A stretch of DNA of 55,020 nucleotides, filler included, from an uncultured Acidimicrobiales bacterium (GTDB lineage: Bacteria; Actinomycetota; Acidimicrobiia; Acidimicrobiales; UBA10347): the NCBI GenBank assembly GCA_943788915.1. It is 3 parts of 3 records of this genome, joined end to end, with 100 filler letters (N's around TTAATTAATTAA, not from the genome) between each part and the next. Parts side by side here need not be neighbours in the genome. Positions count along the whole stretch, not along the records: positions 23,791 to 40,348 come from CALSSD010000020.1; 2 more parts are not named here. One strand, given 5' to 3'. Position 1 is the stretch's first letter. Each line of letters opens with the position of its first letter. A program made the position numbers and the translations under genes. Shown piece after piece: positions 28,905 through 38,072 of the stretch. Under the pieces are notes generated by a model that was given only the letters and a program-made list of their open reading frames with translations, did not search any database and was not told the origin of the DNA.

Positions 28905-30059
28905 ATGCAAACCCGCGCAGCAATTCTCGACGGCGTCGGCCAAGACTGGAAGGTCGAGACCATCAGCCTCGATCCTCCCAAAGCTGGTGAGGTCGTGCTT
29001 GAACTCGTCGGCTCGGGCTTGTGCCACAGCGACGAACACATGGTCACTGGCGATATGGCATTGGCACCTGAAGTTCAGGCAGAACTCGGCATCCAGCAGT
29101 TCCCCATCATCGGCGGCCACGAAGGCGCCGGCCGGGTCGTAGAAGTTGGCCCTGGCGTCACCACCCTTGAGGTCGGCGACCATGTCGTGCTCGGCTTCAT
29201 CCCCTCATGCGGGCGCTGCCCATCATGTGCAAAGGGTCAGCAGAACCTGTGTGACATGGGCGCTGTACTTCTTGCAGGCCGCCAGATCACCGACATGACC
29301 TCCCGTCACCATCGTCACGATGGCAGTGATCTCGGCATCATGTGCTGCATCGGCACGTTCTCCGAGGTAACTGTGGTCAACGAGGCCAGCTGCATCAAGA
29401 TCGAGAAGGACATACCCCTCGACAAGGCCGCACTCGTCGGCTGCGGCGTGACCACTGGTTGGGGCTCAGCCACCTACGCCGCCGATGTGAAGTCTGGCGA
29501 AACCGTTGTGATCGTCGGCTGTGGTGGTGTTGGCATGAACGCCGTGCAGGGCGCAGCCATGGCTGGCGCCGCGAACGTGATCGCCGTCGACCCTGTCGAG
29601 TTCAAGCGTGAACAAGCACAGGTATTCGGCGCAACCCACACCGCCTCATCACTCGAAGAAGCGACTGCGCTCGTTATGGACCTCACCTGGGGTGCCATGG
29701 CCGAGAAGTGCATCATCACGGTCGGCGAAGGCCGCGGCCACCACATTGCCCCCGCCATGGCAATCATCGGCAAGGGCGGCCGAGTCGTGCATACATCTGT
29801 CGCCGACATCAACGACACCGAAGTCACCATGAGCCTGTTCGACCTGACCCTCATGCAGAAGGAACTCGTTGGATCGATCTTCGGTTCAGCGAACCCTCGC
29901 CGCGATATCCCTCGCCTGCTTCGCATGTACCAGAACGGCACGCTCAAGCTCGACGAGCTCGTCACCAACACCTACACACTCGATGACATCAACGTCGGCT
30001 ACCAGGCAATGCGCGACGGCGAAAACATCCGCGGCATGGTCATGTACGACCACGGGTAG
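28905..30059 (+). CDS. Zn-dependent alcohol dehydrogenase, NDMA-dependent (nicotinoprotein, mycofactocin-associated) type
   Basis: GLCHSDEH, GGHEGAG, CGRCPSC..C, GCGVTTGWGS, GCGGVG, AVDPVEFKRE. Confidence 0.9.
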   Translation: MQTRAAILDGVGQDWKVETISLDPPKAGEVVLELVGSGLCHSDEHMVTGDMALAPEVQAELGIQQFPIIGGHEGAGRVVEVGPGVTTLEVGDHVVLGFIPSCGRCPSCAKGQQNLCDMGAVLLAGRQITDMTSRHHRHDGSDLGIMCCIGTFSEVTVVNEASCIKIEKDIPLDKAALVGCGVTTGWGSATYAADVKSGETVVIVGCGGVGMNAVQGAAMAGAANVIAVDPVEFKREQAQVFGATHTASSLEEATALVMDLTWGAMAEKCIITVGEGRGHHIAPAMAIIGKGGRVVHTSVADINDTEVTMSLFDLTLMQKELVGSIFGSANPRRDIPRLLRMYQNGTLKLDELVTNTYTLDDINVGYQAMRDGENIRGMVMYDHG

Positions 30060-30177
30060 TACGGGTAGTGCGCCTTTCAGCTCGTTCCTCGCCGAGAGGC
30101 TGTTCGAGCTAAAACCTCTACGGTCCCGGCGAGCGGACTCCCCTGCTCGTTGACCCCCAGAGCGGCGTACTGTTTGC

Positions 30178-30222
30178 AATAAGGAGCGTGATGCACCATA
30201 TGTGTGCATCACGCTCCTTATT
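30178..30222. repeat. Perfect 19-bp inverted repeat with 7-nt loop (REP-like, terminator or operator)
   Basis: AATAAGGAGCGTGATGCAC-catatgt-GTGCATCACGCTCCTTATT. Confidence 0.85.
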
Positions 30223-30321
30223 TGCCTAGCTGAGTCGAGTTGGAACGATGCACAAATGTCAGTTCCGGCGAAGGACGGAAGTACGCGGTGAGCGAAGCGA
30301 ACAAGCAAGCGGAAGAAGAGT

Positions 30322-31224
30322 ATGACGAGTCCTGAATATGGCATTGCACTGGTCAACGCCGCCGGCAACGACGTGGTCGGGCGCAAACGCGAAGTCGAAC
30401 TCGTTGTTGCCGCGTTGGCATCGGCTCGACACATCTTGCTCGAGGGGCCACCGGGTACTGGCAAGTCCACGTTGCTTCGAGCCGTCGCTCAGCACGCTGG
30501 TCAGCGGCTCGTCTTCGTCGAGGGCAACGCCGAACTGACACCAGCACGCCTGGCTGGCCACTTCGACCCTGCCCAAGTGCTTTCACAGGGTTACATCGAA
30601 GATGTGTACATCGACGGGCCGCTCGTCGATGCGCTCCGCCATGGCGGGCTGCTCTATGTCGAAGAGATCAACCGAGTCCCGGAAGAGACGCTCAACCTGC
30701 TGGTCACGGTCATGAGCGAGGCCGAACTCACCGTGCCTCGTCTAGGTACGATTCAGGCACATCCGGACTTCCGGCTCGTGGCAGCGATGAATCCGTTCGA
30801 TGCCGTAGGCACCGCTCGTATCGCCGGAGCTATCTACGACCGAGTGAACCGGGTGTCGGTCGACTATCAGTCCGAGGCCGACGAACAAGCCATCGTGGCC
30901 CGAGAAGCTCCCGATGCGCCCAAGGCGCTGGCCGAACGAGCCGTGCGTTGCGTGCGCACCACTCGCGAACACCCCGACATTCGCATCGGTTCATCGGTCC
31001 GCGGCGCAATCGACCTGGTCATGCTGGCCGACCAACTCGGCAACCTACGCGGCACCGATTGCCTCGACAACGAGTGTGGCCTCGATGCCGCCAAGGCTTC
31101 GCTGAGCGGCCGCATTCGCATGCACGAATCCAGCGGACGCAGCCCTGAAGATGTCGTAGCCGAGATCTGGAAGCTGAGTGGACTCTCCCCCGACGAGCTC
31201 GACGACGACTCGGGAAAAGCGTAA
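30322..31224 (+). CDS. MoxR-family AAA+ ATPase
   Basis: Walker A LEGPPGTGKS, Walker B LYVEEINR, AAMNP sensor; acidic C-terminal tail. Confidence 0.92.
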   Translation: MTSPEYGIALVNAAGNDVVGRKREVELVVAALASARHILLEGPPGTGKSTLLRAVAQHAGQRLVFVEGNAELTPARLAGHFDPAQVLSQGYIEDVYIDGPLVDALRHGGLLYVEEINRVPEETLNLLVTVMSEAELTVPRLGTIQAHPDFRLVAAMNPFDAVGTARIAGAIYDRVNRVSVDYQSEADEQAIVAREAPDAPKALAERAVRCVRTTREHPDIRIGSSVRGAIDLVMLADQLGNLRGTDCLDNECGLDAAKASLSGRIRMHESSGRSPEDVVAEIWKLSGLSPDELDDDSGKA

Positions 31225-31238
31225 GCCCTGGCGGGGGC
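31212..31238 (+). promoter_or_regulatory. Candidate -1 ribosomal frameshift signal (G_GGA_AAA plus GC hairpin)
   Basis: X_XXY_YYZ heptamer in frame just before the stop; GCCCT-GGCG-GGGGC 6 nt downstream; -1 frame open into the vWA gene. Confidence 0.65.
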
Positions 31239-32177
31239 GTTCTTGATCCGTCACGAACTCTCGAGGGTGATGAGGCGCGCACTCAACTCGACGAGGAACA
31301 ACGCCAGACCACACCTCGTCGCGACCTAGCAAAGAACGAAGGTTTCGAGGAGATGTCTCCCGAGGTCGGCGAGCTGAATATCGAGTCGACCGAACATATG
31401 CTCACGACCGACACCGATATTGCGCTCAGCACGTTGTCAGCCATGGCCTCGGCCACCGACGAACGGCTCCGAGCTTTGGCCCAGCAGCTGGCCGCTCGGG
31501 TGATCGTCGATCTGGCCGCGACCACACCAAGCCATTCTCGGGGAGTGGGTCGCATGCGGTCCATGCCCATGAGCGACGCCGGCGGCGACATCGATATCGA
31601 CGGCAGCACCGAAGCGCTACTCATGGCCACGGCAGCAAACCACCCACCCAATGTCGACGATCTGCGCATGCACGCGTGGACACGACCCGACGCCGCGCTC
31701 GCGATCCTGATTGATCGCAGTGGATCTATGACTGGCGACCGGCTCGCGATCGCTGCCGTCGCTGCTGCGGCCGCAGCTCAGCGAACCAAGACCGACTATT
31801 GCGTGATTGCCTTCAGCGATAAGGCGATCGTGATCAAGGGCATCGGCCAGGCACGACCGGTCGAAGACGTGATCAACGACGTGCTCCGGCTCCGCGGCTT
31901 CGGTCCCACCGACTTGTCACTCGCCTTCCGCACCGCGCAAAGCCAACTCGCCCGCAGCAATGCCAGCCGACAGCGAACCATCATCTTGTCGGACTGTCGG
32001 CCCACCGAGGGTGGCCCGCCCGAACGCCAGGCAGCCGCACTTGAACAACTCGCGATCCTGGCCCCGGCCGACGACTGCGAAGATGCCGAAGCGTTCGCTG
32101 CCACAGTCGGCGCCAAGTGGGCCAAGTTGGCCGGACCCTCGGACGTCCCCGCCGCCTTCGCTCTCATCGCCGACTGA
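31218..32177 (+). CDS. vWA domain protein (CoxE-like), -1 frame relative to MoxR; first ATG at 31353
   Basis: DIDIDGS, MIDAS DRSGSM, GPTDL, LSDC; frame open back to the slippery site. Confidence 0.85.
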   Translation, partial: SVSPGGGVLDPSRTLEGDEARTQLDEEQRQTTPRRDLAKNEGFEEMSPEVGELNIESTEHMLTTDTDIALSTLSAMASATDERLRALAQQLAARVIVDLAATTPSHSRGVGRMRSMPMSDAGGDIDIDGSTEALLMATAANHPPNVDDLRMHAWTRPDAALAILIDRSGSMTGDRLAIAAVAAAAAAQRTKTDYCVIAFSDKAIVIKGIGQARPVEDVINDVLRLRGFGPTDLSLAFRTAQSQLARSNASRQRTIILSDCRPTEGGPPERQAAALEQLAILAPADDCEDAEAFAATVGAKWAKLAGPSDVPAAFALIAD

Positions 32178-32193
32178 GAAGCCCGCAGACCAA

Positions 32194-32244
32194 ACGCTTC
32201 TGAACCAAGTAATGCGAGTATTCGCCCAATCGGTTCAGAAACGT
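32194..32244. repeat. Nested inverted repeat between convergent genes (REP-like or bidirectional terminator)
   Basis: ACGCTTCTGAACC...GGTTCAGAAACGT with inner GCGAGTATTCGC. Confidence 0.6.
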
Positions 32245-32267
32245 GCACTTACAAGGCGACGGGACAA

Positions 32268-33746
32268 TCAGGTGCCGCAGAACGTCTTGAAGCCGCGCTC
32301 GAAACCGTCGGGGGCGGGTTGCGCGAAACGGTCGAGACCATCGCGTTCGATGAAGGGATGAGTCACGACGTCGAGCAGCTCTTCGAACGGCTTCATATCG
32401 CCTTGATTGGCGGCGGCCAACGCTTCTTCGACCAGATGATTCCGAGGGATGTACAACGGGTTCACAGCATCCATAGAGTCCGCCACCAGGGCCAGGTCGA
32501 CCCCTTGCGCATCTAGTTGTGCCCTCCAGCGAGTCACCCAGTGAGCGGCGATGAGATTGTCGGCACCGAATACCGACGGAGTGGTGGCGTCACGCAGCAT
32601 GGCAGCCAGGGCCCGGAACGTACCGGTGTAGTCGAGTTGTGCAGTTTGCATCAGCGACAGCAGTTCATCGAAGAAGTCGCCGTCGCCAGCTTCCTCGGAA
32701 ACAATGCCCAACTTGGCTCGCATACCAACGATCCAGTGTGACCGATAACGATCGTCGAACCCGTTGAGTGCAGAGGTGAGCGACTCGGCAGCGACGTCGA
32801 AGTCATCGTCGACAAGCGACACCAGCGTCTCGGCAAGTCGGGCCAGATTCCAGGTGGTGATTCGTGGCTGATTGCCATACGCATATCGGCCACCGTGGTC
32901 GATCGAACTGAACACGGTCGCGGGGTCGTAGCGGTCCATGAACGCACATGGCCCATAGTCAATCCCTTGGCCAGAGATGGTCACGTTGTCGGTGTTCATC
33001 ACGCCGTGAATAAAACCGAGCAACATCCACTTGGCTATGAGGGCTGCTTGGTTCTCGAGCACGGCCTCGAAGAAGGCCAGATATGGCTGCTCTGTCTCGC
33101 GCACGTGGGGGTAGTGCCGGTCGATCGAGTACTCCACGAGCTTCTTGAACGCATCAGCGTCGCCTGCTCGGGCTGAGTATTCGAACGTGCCAACCCGCAG
33201 ATGGCTGGACGCCACTCGAGTCAACACCGCACCCGGCTCCATGCCGTTACGGGCGATTTCTTCGCCGGTGACGGCCACGGCGAGCGCACGGGTCGTGGGA
33301 ACGCCGAGCGAATGCATTGCCTCTGCGATGACAAACTCGCGCAACATTGGACCGAGTGTGGCTTTGCCATCGCCGCCTCGAGAGAGTGGCGTGCGACCAG
33401 AACCCTTGAGATGAAGGTCTTGGCGCTTCCCATCGATGTCGACGATCTCTCCCAGCAGAACCGCGCGCCCATCGCCCAACCGAGGTGAATACCCACCGAA
33501 TTGATGCCCGGCGTACACCATGGCCACCGGCGTCGCTCCGTCGGGAAGGGTGTTGCCCGATAGGACTGATGCCCCAACTGGCCCGTCGAGGTCATCGGAG
33601 TCGAGGCCGAGCTCTTGGGCCAGGTCACCATTCGTCACGACCAGCGATGGTGCTGGAACCTCGTCGGGTTGCCAGGCAACCACCAGCTCCTCGAGCTCGC
33701 GTGCATAGGTGTTGTCGAAATCGAACAGCGTGCTAATGGCCGTCAT
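32268..33746 (-). CDS. selO: Protein adenylyltransferase SelO (YdiU)
   Basis: YAGHQFG, LGDGRA, LKGSGRT, GFIHGVMNTDN, IDYGP, C-terminal TFCGT. Confidence 0.95.
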   Translation of the reverse strand: MTAISTLFDFDNTYARELEELVVAWQPDEVPAPSLVVTNGDLAQELGLDSDDLDGPVGASVLSGNTLPDGATPVAMVYAGHQFGGYSPRLGDGRAVLLGEIVDIDGKRQDLHLKGSGRTPLSRGGDGKATLGPMLREFVIAEAMHSLGVPTTRALAVAVTGEEIARNGMEPGAVLTRVASSHLRVGTFEYSARAGDADAFKKLVEYSIDRHYPHVRETEQPYLAFFEAVLENQAALIAKWMLLGFIHGVMNTDNVTISGQGIDYGPCAFMDRYDPATVFSSIDHGGRYAYGNQPRITTWNLARLAETLVSLVDDDFDVAAESLTSALNGFDDRYRSHWIVGMRAKLGIVSEEAGDGDFFDELLSLMQTAQLDYTGTFRALAAMLRDATTPSVFGADNLIAAHWVTRWRAQLDAQGVDLALVADSMDAVNPLYIPRNHLVEEALAAANQGDMKPFEELLDVVTHPFIERDGLDRFAQPAPDGFERGFKTFCGT

Positions 33747-34156
33747 TGGGTGGACTCCTGATCGCTGTCGTGCTCAGCAAGGATAAGAGCTGCCGAGTTC
33801 ATGGAGTACCGCTGACCGCCAGCATCAGACGGGCTGTCGCCGAACACATGACCAAGATGCGCGTCGCAGCTGGCGCAACGGACCTCGTTCCGCTTGATCA
33901 GGAACTTCCGATCTGAGTGCAACGACACCCGACCCTCAGCAATTTCGGTGGTGAACGACGGCCATCCCGTGCCTGAGTCGTACTTGTCGTCGCTGGCGAA
34001 CAGGTCCAGCTCGCAGACCACACACCGATAGATATCGGGTGTCTCGGTATTCCAGTATTCACCCGAAAAAGCTCGTTCGGTGCCGGCCTTCTGGGTGACC
34101 TTGTACTGCTCGGGCGTCAGCCGGCCGCGAAGTTCAGTCTTGGTGGGGTTCGTGAT
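33743..34156 (-). pseudogene. msrB: MsrB, probably inactive (ATC in place of start codon, catalytic Cys to Ser)
   Basis: LTPEQYKVTQKAGTERAFSGEY, CVVC, KYDSGTGWPSF, CASC..HLGHVF; RYSMNS instead of RYCxNS. Confidence 0.8.
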
Positions 34157-34264
34157 GACGTCTCTCCTGCCGGGGTTGCGGAGTGGTCGATGAGGGATTC
34201 GATTGGCTTCGATTGCGGTGGCAGACCATGCGATCGGAACCTGATGTGCAACCGGGTGGTGGTG

Positions 34265-34894
34265 TCAGGAATAGGCGACCTGGCAGAAACCGTGGTTGCA
34301 ATAACCCCCGGGGTTCTTGGCCAGGTACTGCTGGTGGTAATCCTCGGCGTAGTACCACTCGCCTTCGGCGGCGATCTCGGTCGTGATCTCGCCGAAGCCG
34401 CCTGCAGTCAGCTTGGCCTGGTACTGATCGCGGCTTGCCGATGCGGCAGCTGCCTGTTCCGGCGAGTTCGTGTAGACCGCCGACCGGTATTGGCTGCCAA
34501 CATCATTGCCCTGGCCCATGAACTGCACGGGGTCATGGTTTTCCCAGAACACCTTGAACAGTTCCTCAATGGTGACCAGGTTGGGGTCAAACACGATGAG
34601 CACGGCTTCGGTGTGCCCGGTCATCGACGTGCAGGTCTCTTCGTAGGTCGGGTTCGGCGTTGTGCCACCCGAGTAGCCAGCAGCAGTTGAGTAGACGCCT
34701 GGCATCTGCCAGAAGAATCGCTCGGCGCCCCAGAAACAACCCATGCCGACGACCAGTGTGTCCATACCATCGGGCCAGGGACCCTGGAGCGGCGTACCCA
34801 ACACGTGATGGGCGTCTGCGACAGGGATCGCGTTGGCACGACCGGGCATGCAGTCTTCAGGGGCTGGAGGAGGTGCGGGTTGACGACGGAACAT
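34265..34894 (-). CDS. msrA: Peptide-methionine (S)-sulfoxide reductase
   Basis: [28 protein letters not shown]. Confidence 0.96.
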   Translation of the reverse strand: MFRRQPAPPPAPEDCMPGRANAIPVADAHHVLGTPLQGPWPDGMDTLVVGMGCFWGAERFFWQMPGVYSTAAGYSGGTTPNPTYEETCTSMTGHTEAVLIVFDPNLVTIEELFKVFWENHDPVQFMGQGNDVGSQYRSAVYTNSPEQAAAASASRDQYQAKLTAGGFGEITTEIAAEGEWYYAEDYHQQYLAKNPGGYCNHGFCQVAYS

Positions 34895-35188
34895 TATCTC
34901 TCCTAGATAGAGCCTCGGCAGGAGGCGGATTCAGAGTCCTCGTCTACCACCGTGCGGTGAAAGCGAGCTACGAGATGGGCGGCACCGATCGGAAGGGCCG
35001 AACGGACGGTGGTGGACATGACTACTAACGCGTTATAGGTAGAGATGCTTCCCTACTCCACAGACTTTCGCAGTTGGAAAGATTTCATGCGAATTGAGCC
35101 ACCGATTGCATGGCCTTCGTGGGAATGACCCTCATCTGTTCTGGTGTTTTGCTGTGGTGCAGTAGTTTCGATAGGTAGTGGGGGATTC

Positions 35189-36715
35189 ATGTCGGTCACA
35201 CAAGGCGACGTCAGTCGACAACTCGTGGACAGCTCGGTGTGGAGCGATCAGGACTTAGCCAACCATGGCATACCGGTGTACGACATGCCGTTCGTATCAG
35301 TCGGCGGCGGAATCGGTTCGTTTGCCATGGTCGACACGCTGCGGATTGCGGGGATCACCACTGACCAGATTCGGGTTATCTCCGACCTCGAGCGCCCGTC
35401 TCAGACCTACGAATACTTGGCAAGTAACAGTCAGATTCGTAGCGGACACCGGTTGCGCAGCGACTCAAGTTCAACCGTCGACTGCATCTGGGGTTGGCCC
35501 GGTTATGCACTGCGCGAAGCGTGGGGCAAGAAGACACCGGGCGTCGCCGTGCAAGTGCTGCTCGAACCGGTAGCCGCCGACTACTACACACCAAAGGCCG
35601 GACAGGTCTACGAGTCACTCAACCGCGAGGCGGCTCGAATCCGTTGGAACCAGATGGTGGTGCCGGGCATCGTTCGTCATGTGCGGCGGCGGGACCGAGG
35701 CGACTACTTCGTGCTCTCCACGCCACCTGCTGGCTCGGCCGCCACGAAACGTATTGAGTTCCGGTCTCGTTTCATCCATATGGCTGTGGGTTACCCCGGT
35801 GTCCGTTTCCTCGACGATCTGCAGGCCTACCGGAAAGAACACAACGACTTTCAACGAGTCGTGAATGCCTATGAACCGCATGATCACGTGTACGCCGAAA
35901 TGCGACGCCGCCCGTGCACGGTGCTGGTCCGCGGCGCAGGCATCGTGGCTAGCCGAGTACTCCAGCGCCTCATCGATGACCGCGATCAGCACGGCGCACA
36001 GACCACAATCGTGCACCTGTTTCGCAACTACCCTGCTGGGCCTCAGGGCGACAAGGCAACCTTTCGCCGTCCCGCTGCGAAGGGCTGGGTGTATCAGGGG
36101 TTCAACTTTCCCAAGGCAGCGTGGGGCGGGCAGATCCGTGACCATCTCGAATCACTCGAAGGCGATGCCCGCCGTGACTTCATCGATGCCATCGGCGGCA
36201 CCAATACAGCGCCCCGGAAGCACTGGCGTGAACAACTCGATCGGGGTGAGGCGCAGGGGTTCTATCTCCAGGGCCGGGGCGAGGTCCAGTCGGTTATACC
36301 CATTCCTGACACTCGTCAGATCCGCACCGTGGTTGGTGGCACTACTGGCCTGCCAACCACCGAGTACGACGCCGATTTCATCATCGATGCGACCGGCCTA
36401 GAAGCCAACATCGAAGATCACCGGGTCGTCATGGATCTGCTGCGCCACGTGGGTGCGGGAAAAAATGTTAAGGGACGCCTCGACGTCGAACGTGACTTTC
36501 GGGTGCGCAACGCCGACAACGGCGAAGGCCGTATTTTTGCAAGCGGATCGATGACACTCGGCGGTTACTACGCCGGTGTTGACTCGTTTCTGGGGCTTCA
36601 ATACGCGGCCCTGCGGATTCATGACAACCTTGTAGATGCGGGCTTTGGCCAACGCATCGGGCCGGGTCGCTCAACGTCGCAGTGGTGGAAGTGGGCAAGG
36701 AACACCGGGATATGA
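35189..36715 (+). CDS. Putative FAD/NAD(P)-dependent oxidoreductase of unknown function
   Basis: Two Rossmann-like motifs (VGGGIGS, VRGAGIVA) and IDATG. Confidence 0.65.
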   Translation: MSVTQGDVSRQLVDSSVWSDQDLANHGIPVYDMPFVSVGGGIGSFAMVDTLRIAGITTDQIRVISDLERPSQTYEYLASNSQIRSGHRLRSDSSSTVDCIWGWPGYALREAWGKKTPGVAVQVLLEPVAADYYTPKAGQVYESLNREAARIRWNQMVVPGIVRHVRRRDRGDYFVLSTPPAGSAATKRIEFRSRFIHMAVGYPGVRFLDDLQAYRKEHNDFQRVVNAYEPHDHVYAEMRRRPCTVLVRGAGIVASRVLQRLIDDRDQHGAQTTIVHLFRNYPAGPQGDKATFRRPAAKGWVYQGFNFPKAAWGGQIRDHLESLEGDARRDFIDAIGGTNTAPRKHWREQLDRGEAQGFYLQGRGEVQSVIPIPDTRQIRTVVGGTTGLPTTEYDADFIIDATGLEANIEDHRVVMDLLRHVGAGKNVKGRLDVERDFRVRNADNGEGRIFASGSMTLGGYYAGVDSFLGLQYAALRIHDNLVDAGFGQRIGPGRSTSQWWKWARNTGI

Positions 36716-36728
36716 GAGATACCGGGAT

Positions 36729-37181
36729 ATGACCCCAACACTCGCAGGCCGCATGCAAAGTCGGCTGGCGCTCCTCGGGGCCGTTGGTGTCGTGTGGACT
36801 GCTCTCATTGGGCTGGCCGTCCCTCGCCCCGAGGGCGCCGAAACGTCGGCTATCTACAAGGCTCTGTTCACTGCCCTGCTGATCGTCGCCGTGGCGGGCA
36901 TCGTGTGGGAGCTCGTTTACCATGCACTCCAGCAGTACCGGTGGGAGAAGGACTGGCCCACACTATTTGGCCTGATCGTCGCTGTTCCCGAAGGCACCAT
37001 GGTCTGGATCCTCCTGAAGAATCAGATCCCTTGGGATGCCGGACCAGTGCAAGCCAGCACCTTCCTGACAATGTTCATCACGCTCTGGCTTCTCATTTGG
37101 GCCATCACCAACGGACCCCTCCAGATCGTCGCGTTGCGCTGGCGTTACCGCGGCGGCCGCTTCCTCGGCGGTTGGGGGTAG
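36729..37181 (+). CDS. Four-TM membrane protein
   Basis: MTPTLAGRMQSRL..., QQYRWEKDWP, RWRYRGG; 13 nt after the oxidoreductase. Confidence 0.75.
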   Translation: MTPTLAGRMQSRLALLGAVGVVWTALIGLAVPRPEGAETSAIYKALFTALLIVAVAGIVWELVYHALQQYRWEKDWPTLFGLIVAVPEGTMVWILLKNQIPWDAGPVQASTFLTMFITLWLLIWAITNGPLQIVALRWRYRGGRFLGGWG

Positions 37182-37182
37182 T

Positions 37183-37218
37183 CAGCGTTGGCTACGCGAA
37201 CTCCGCCAACGCTGTTTT
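37183..37218 (+). terminator. Intrinsic terminator
   Basis: CAGCGTTGGC...GCCAACGCTG followed by TTTT. Confidence 0.7.
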
Positions 37219-37337
37219 CCACCCACCACATCGACGGTCCCGGACCGCTTCGCTACCTAGCTACGACGCATGCGCTGTCCGCCTTAAGCCTCTACGATCC
37301 CGGTGATCTTGTTGACCCGGGGTAGGAGTCACGTCAT

Positions 37338-37377
37338 GGAGGGTCAGACCCCACGTGACGGAGGGTCAGACCCCACG
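37338..37377. repeat. Two 18-bp direct repeats (period 22) with palindromic GGGTCAGACCC core
   Basis: GGAGGGTCAGACCCCACG at 37338-37355 and 37360-37377. Confidence 0.9.
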
Positions 37378-37385
37378 GCGCAGAT

Positions 37386-38024
37386 CTAGGAGAGTTCGAC
37401 GATGCCGTTTGGGGTGTCGATGGTGACGGTGAGGTTTGCTGGGCCAAGAATGAATTCAACTGAGTCGCTCAGGCCCAGACCGGTGAGCGCTGTTCCAACC
37501 CGTTCATCGGGGTTCGTGACCGAGAGCCTCACAAGAGATCCCATTGATGGTAGCGATGCTGCTGGGCTTGGGCCGCCGAGCCAATCGATTGCGAACGGGA
37601 TGCCCCCTTCGAGTCGAAACCCGGTGTCGCCGCCAGCCGTGAGTTCCCATTCGAGGAGAACGCCGTCGGGTTTCATGCGACTCATTGCCATATGAGTACC
37701 AGGGTCGAAGCCAGCATCACGAACGACTTGAGCGAGATCATCGAGCGTCTCATCGCCAATCGTGTGCACGGCAAACGCCACCAGCTTGGGTCCGTCGAGA
37801 TCGTCGAGGCCGAACCCCCGTGCACGTTCAGGTTCAGGTTGATCCGGATCACTACCGATGATCTCAAAGTACGTGCGATCGTCGAAGGTCAGCAGCGTGT
37901 TGTGCGTTCCCCTGCCGACATGAGGGCCACCAACAACAGCGGTAGCACCGGTGAGGTCGTGGATGATGCGCGTGCCTTCGTCAACATCGGGACATGCAAA
38001 GACAATGTGGTCAAGTTCCGCCAT
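37386..38024 (-). CDS. VOC/glyoxalase-like protein
   Basis: LDHIV, GGPH..GTHN, YFEI, PFAIDW. Confidence 0.85.
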   Translation of the reverse strand: MAELDHIVFACPDVDEGTRIIHDLTGATAVVGGPHVGRGTHNTLLTFDDRTYFEIIGSDPDQPEPERARGFGLDDLDGPKLVAFAVHTIGDETLDDLAQVVRDAGFDPGTHMAMSRMKPDGVLLEWELTAGGDTGFRLEGGIPFAIDWLGGPSPAASLPSMGSLVRLSVTNPDERVGTALTGLGLSDSVEFILGPANLTVTIDTPNGIVELS

Positions 38025-38072
38025 AGTCGACTCAGGGTAGCCAAGCGGGCCAGGTCCACAGAATCTGGCAGC

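Noticed and set aside
32268..33746. SelO as a second selenoprotein
   Set aside because: The C-terminus is TFCGT with Cys, and the TGA is the normal stop for bacterial YdiU.
37338..37377. Direct repeats as a mini-CRISPR
   Set aside because: Only two 18-bp copies with a 4-nt spacer and no cas genes.
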